A stretch of DNA of 24,000 nt, from contig NZ_CBVJ010000093.1 in NCBI RefSeq assembly GCF_000513275.1, positions 1-24,000 on the forward strand, written 5' to 3'. Positions 23,942 through 24,000 of this stretch are shown here, piece by piece. Source of the DNA: Paenibacillus gorillae. Its GTDB lineage: Bacteria; Bacillota; Bacilli; Paenibacillales; Paenibacillaceae. The notes beneath the pieces were generated by a model that searched no databases, had not been told where the DNA came from, and saw only the letters and a list, made by a program, of their open reading frames with translations. The position numbers and the translations under genes are program-made. The first letter of the stretch is position 1, and the number at the start of each line of letters is the position of its first letter.

Positions 23942-24000
23942 TTTGCTCCTCCTGTCGTGCATAGCTGTACTACAGCCATTTTAGCACAAACCGGGGAGTT

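Noticed and set aside
1-24000. Mobile genetic element, prophage or a classical defence island
   Set aside because: No transposase, integrase, recombinase, phage structural, restriction-modification, Cas or toxin-antitoxin pair is recognisable in any frame. The only defence-associated signature is the lone RNxxxH protein, which sits in a metabolic operon.

Overview
The window looks like chromosomal DNA from a Bacillales or Paenibacillus-like Firmicute. That origin is inferred from gene content: SLH and copper-amine-oxidase-N 'stalk' domains, an hxlR/hxlAB unit, a yutJ-yuzB-yutI-like cluster and futalosine-type menaquinone genes. About 85% of the window is ordinary, tightly packed housekeeping coding sequence.

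Genes in order:
- a frameshifted TetR gene divergent from a YhgE/Pip-like membrane protein
- a PCYCGC lipoprotein and two alpha/beta hydrolases
- hxlB-hxlA divergent from hxlR
- an orphan short-form argC with tandem ARG boxes
- a HesB/IscA protein, an MqnE-like radical SAM enzyme, an NDH-2 (YutJ-like), YuzB and a NifU-C (YutI-like) protein
- a minus-strand block ctaA-ubiD-HEPN-SDR
- a thioredoxin-like protein with a CuAO-N lipoprotein
- a MOP-family flippase, a DUF456 protein and a Cof-type HAD hydrolase

I found no transposase, integrase, CRISPR array, tRNA or rRNA.

Three things are not explained by ordinary annotation:
1. A non-coding repeat family built almost entirely from GCGAA/TTCGC inverted pairs. 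It forms a tandem array with a period of about 318 bp at 1-857, which may continue beyond the window edge. Diverged dispersed copies lie at 6136-6353 and 7340-7380. Two of the array units carry a hairpin resembling a tRNA acceptor/T-arm minihelix followed by CCA.
2. A decayed, gene-poor patch at 5914-7480 that holds these repeats, an SLH-domain pseudogene remnant and an orphan small ORF.
3. A 241-aa all-helical protein with an exact RNxxxH (HEPN-type) motif, packed between a UbiD-family decarboxylase and an SDR in what looks like a respiratory-cofactor operon.

All functional calls come from reading motifs in the supplied translations. No database search was possible.
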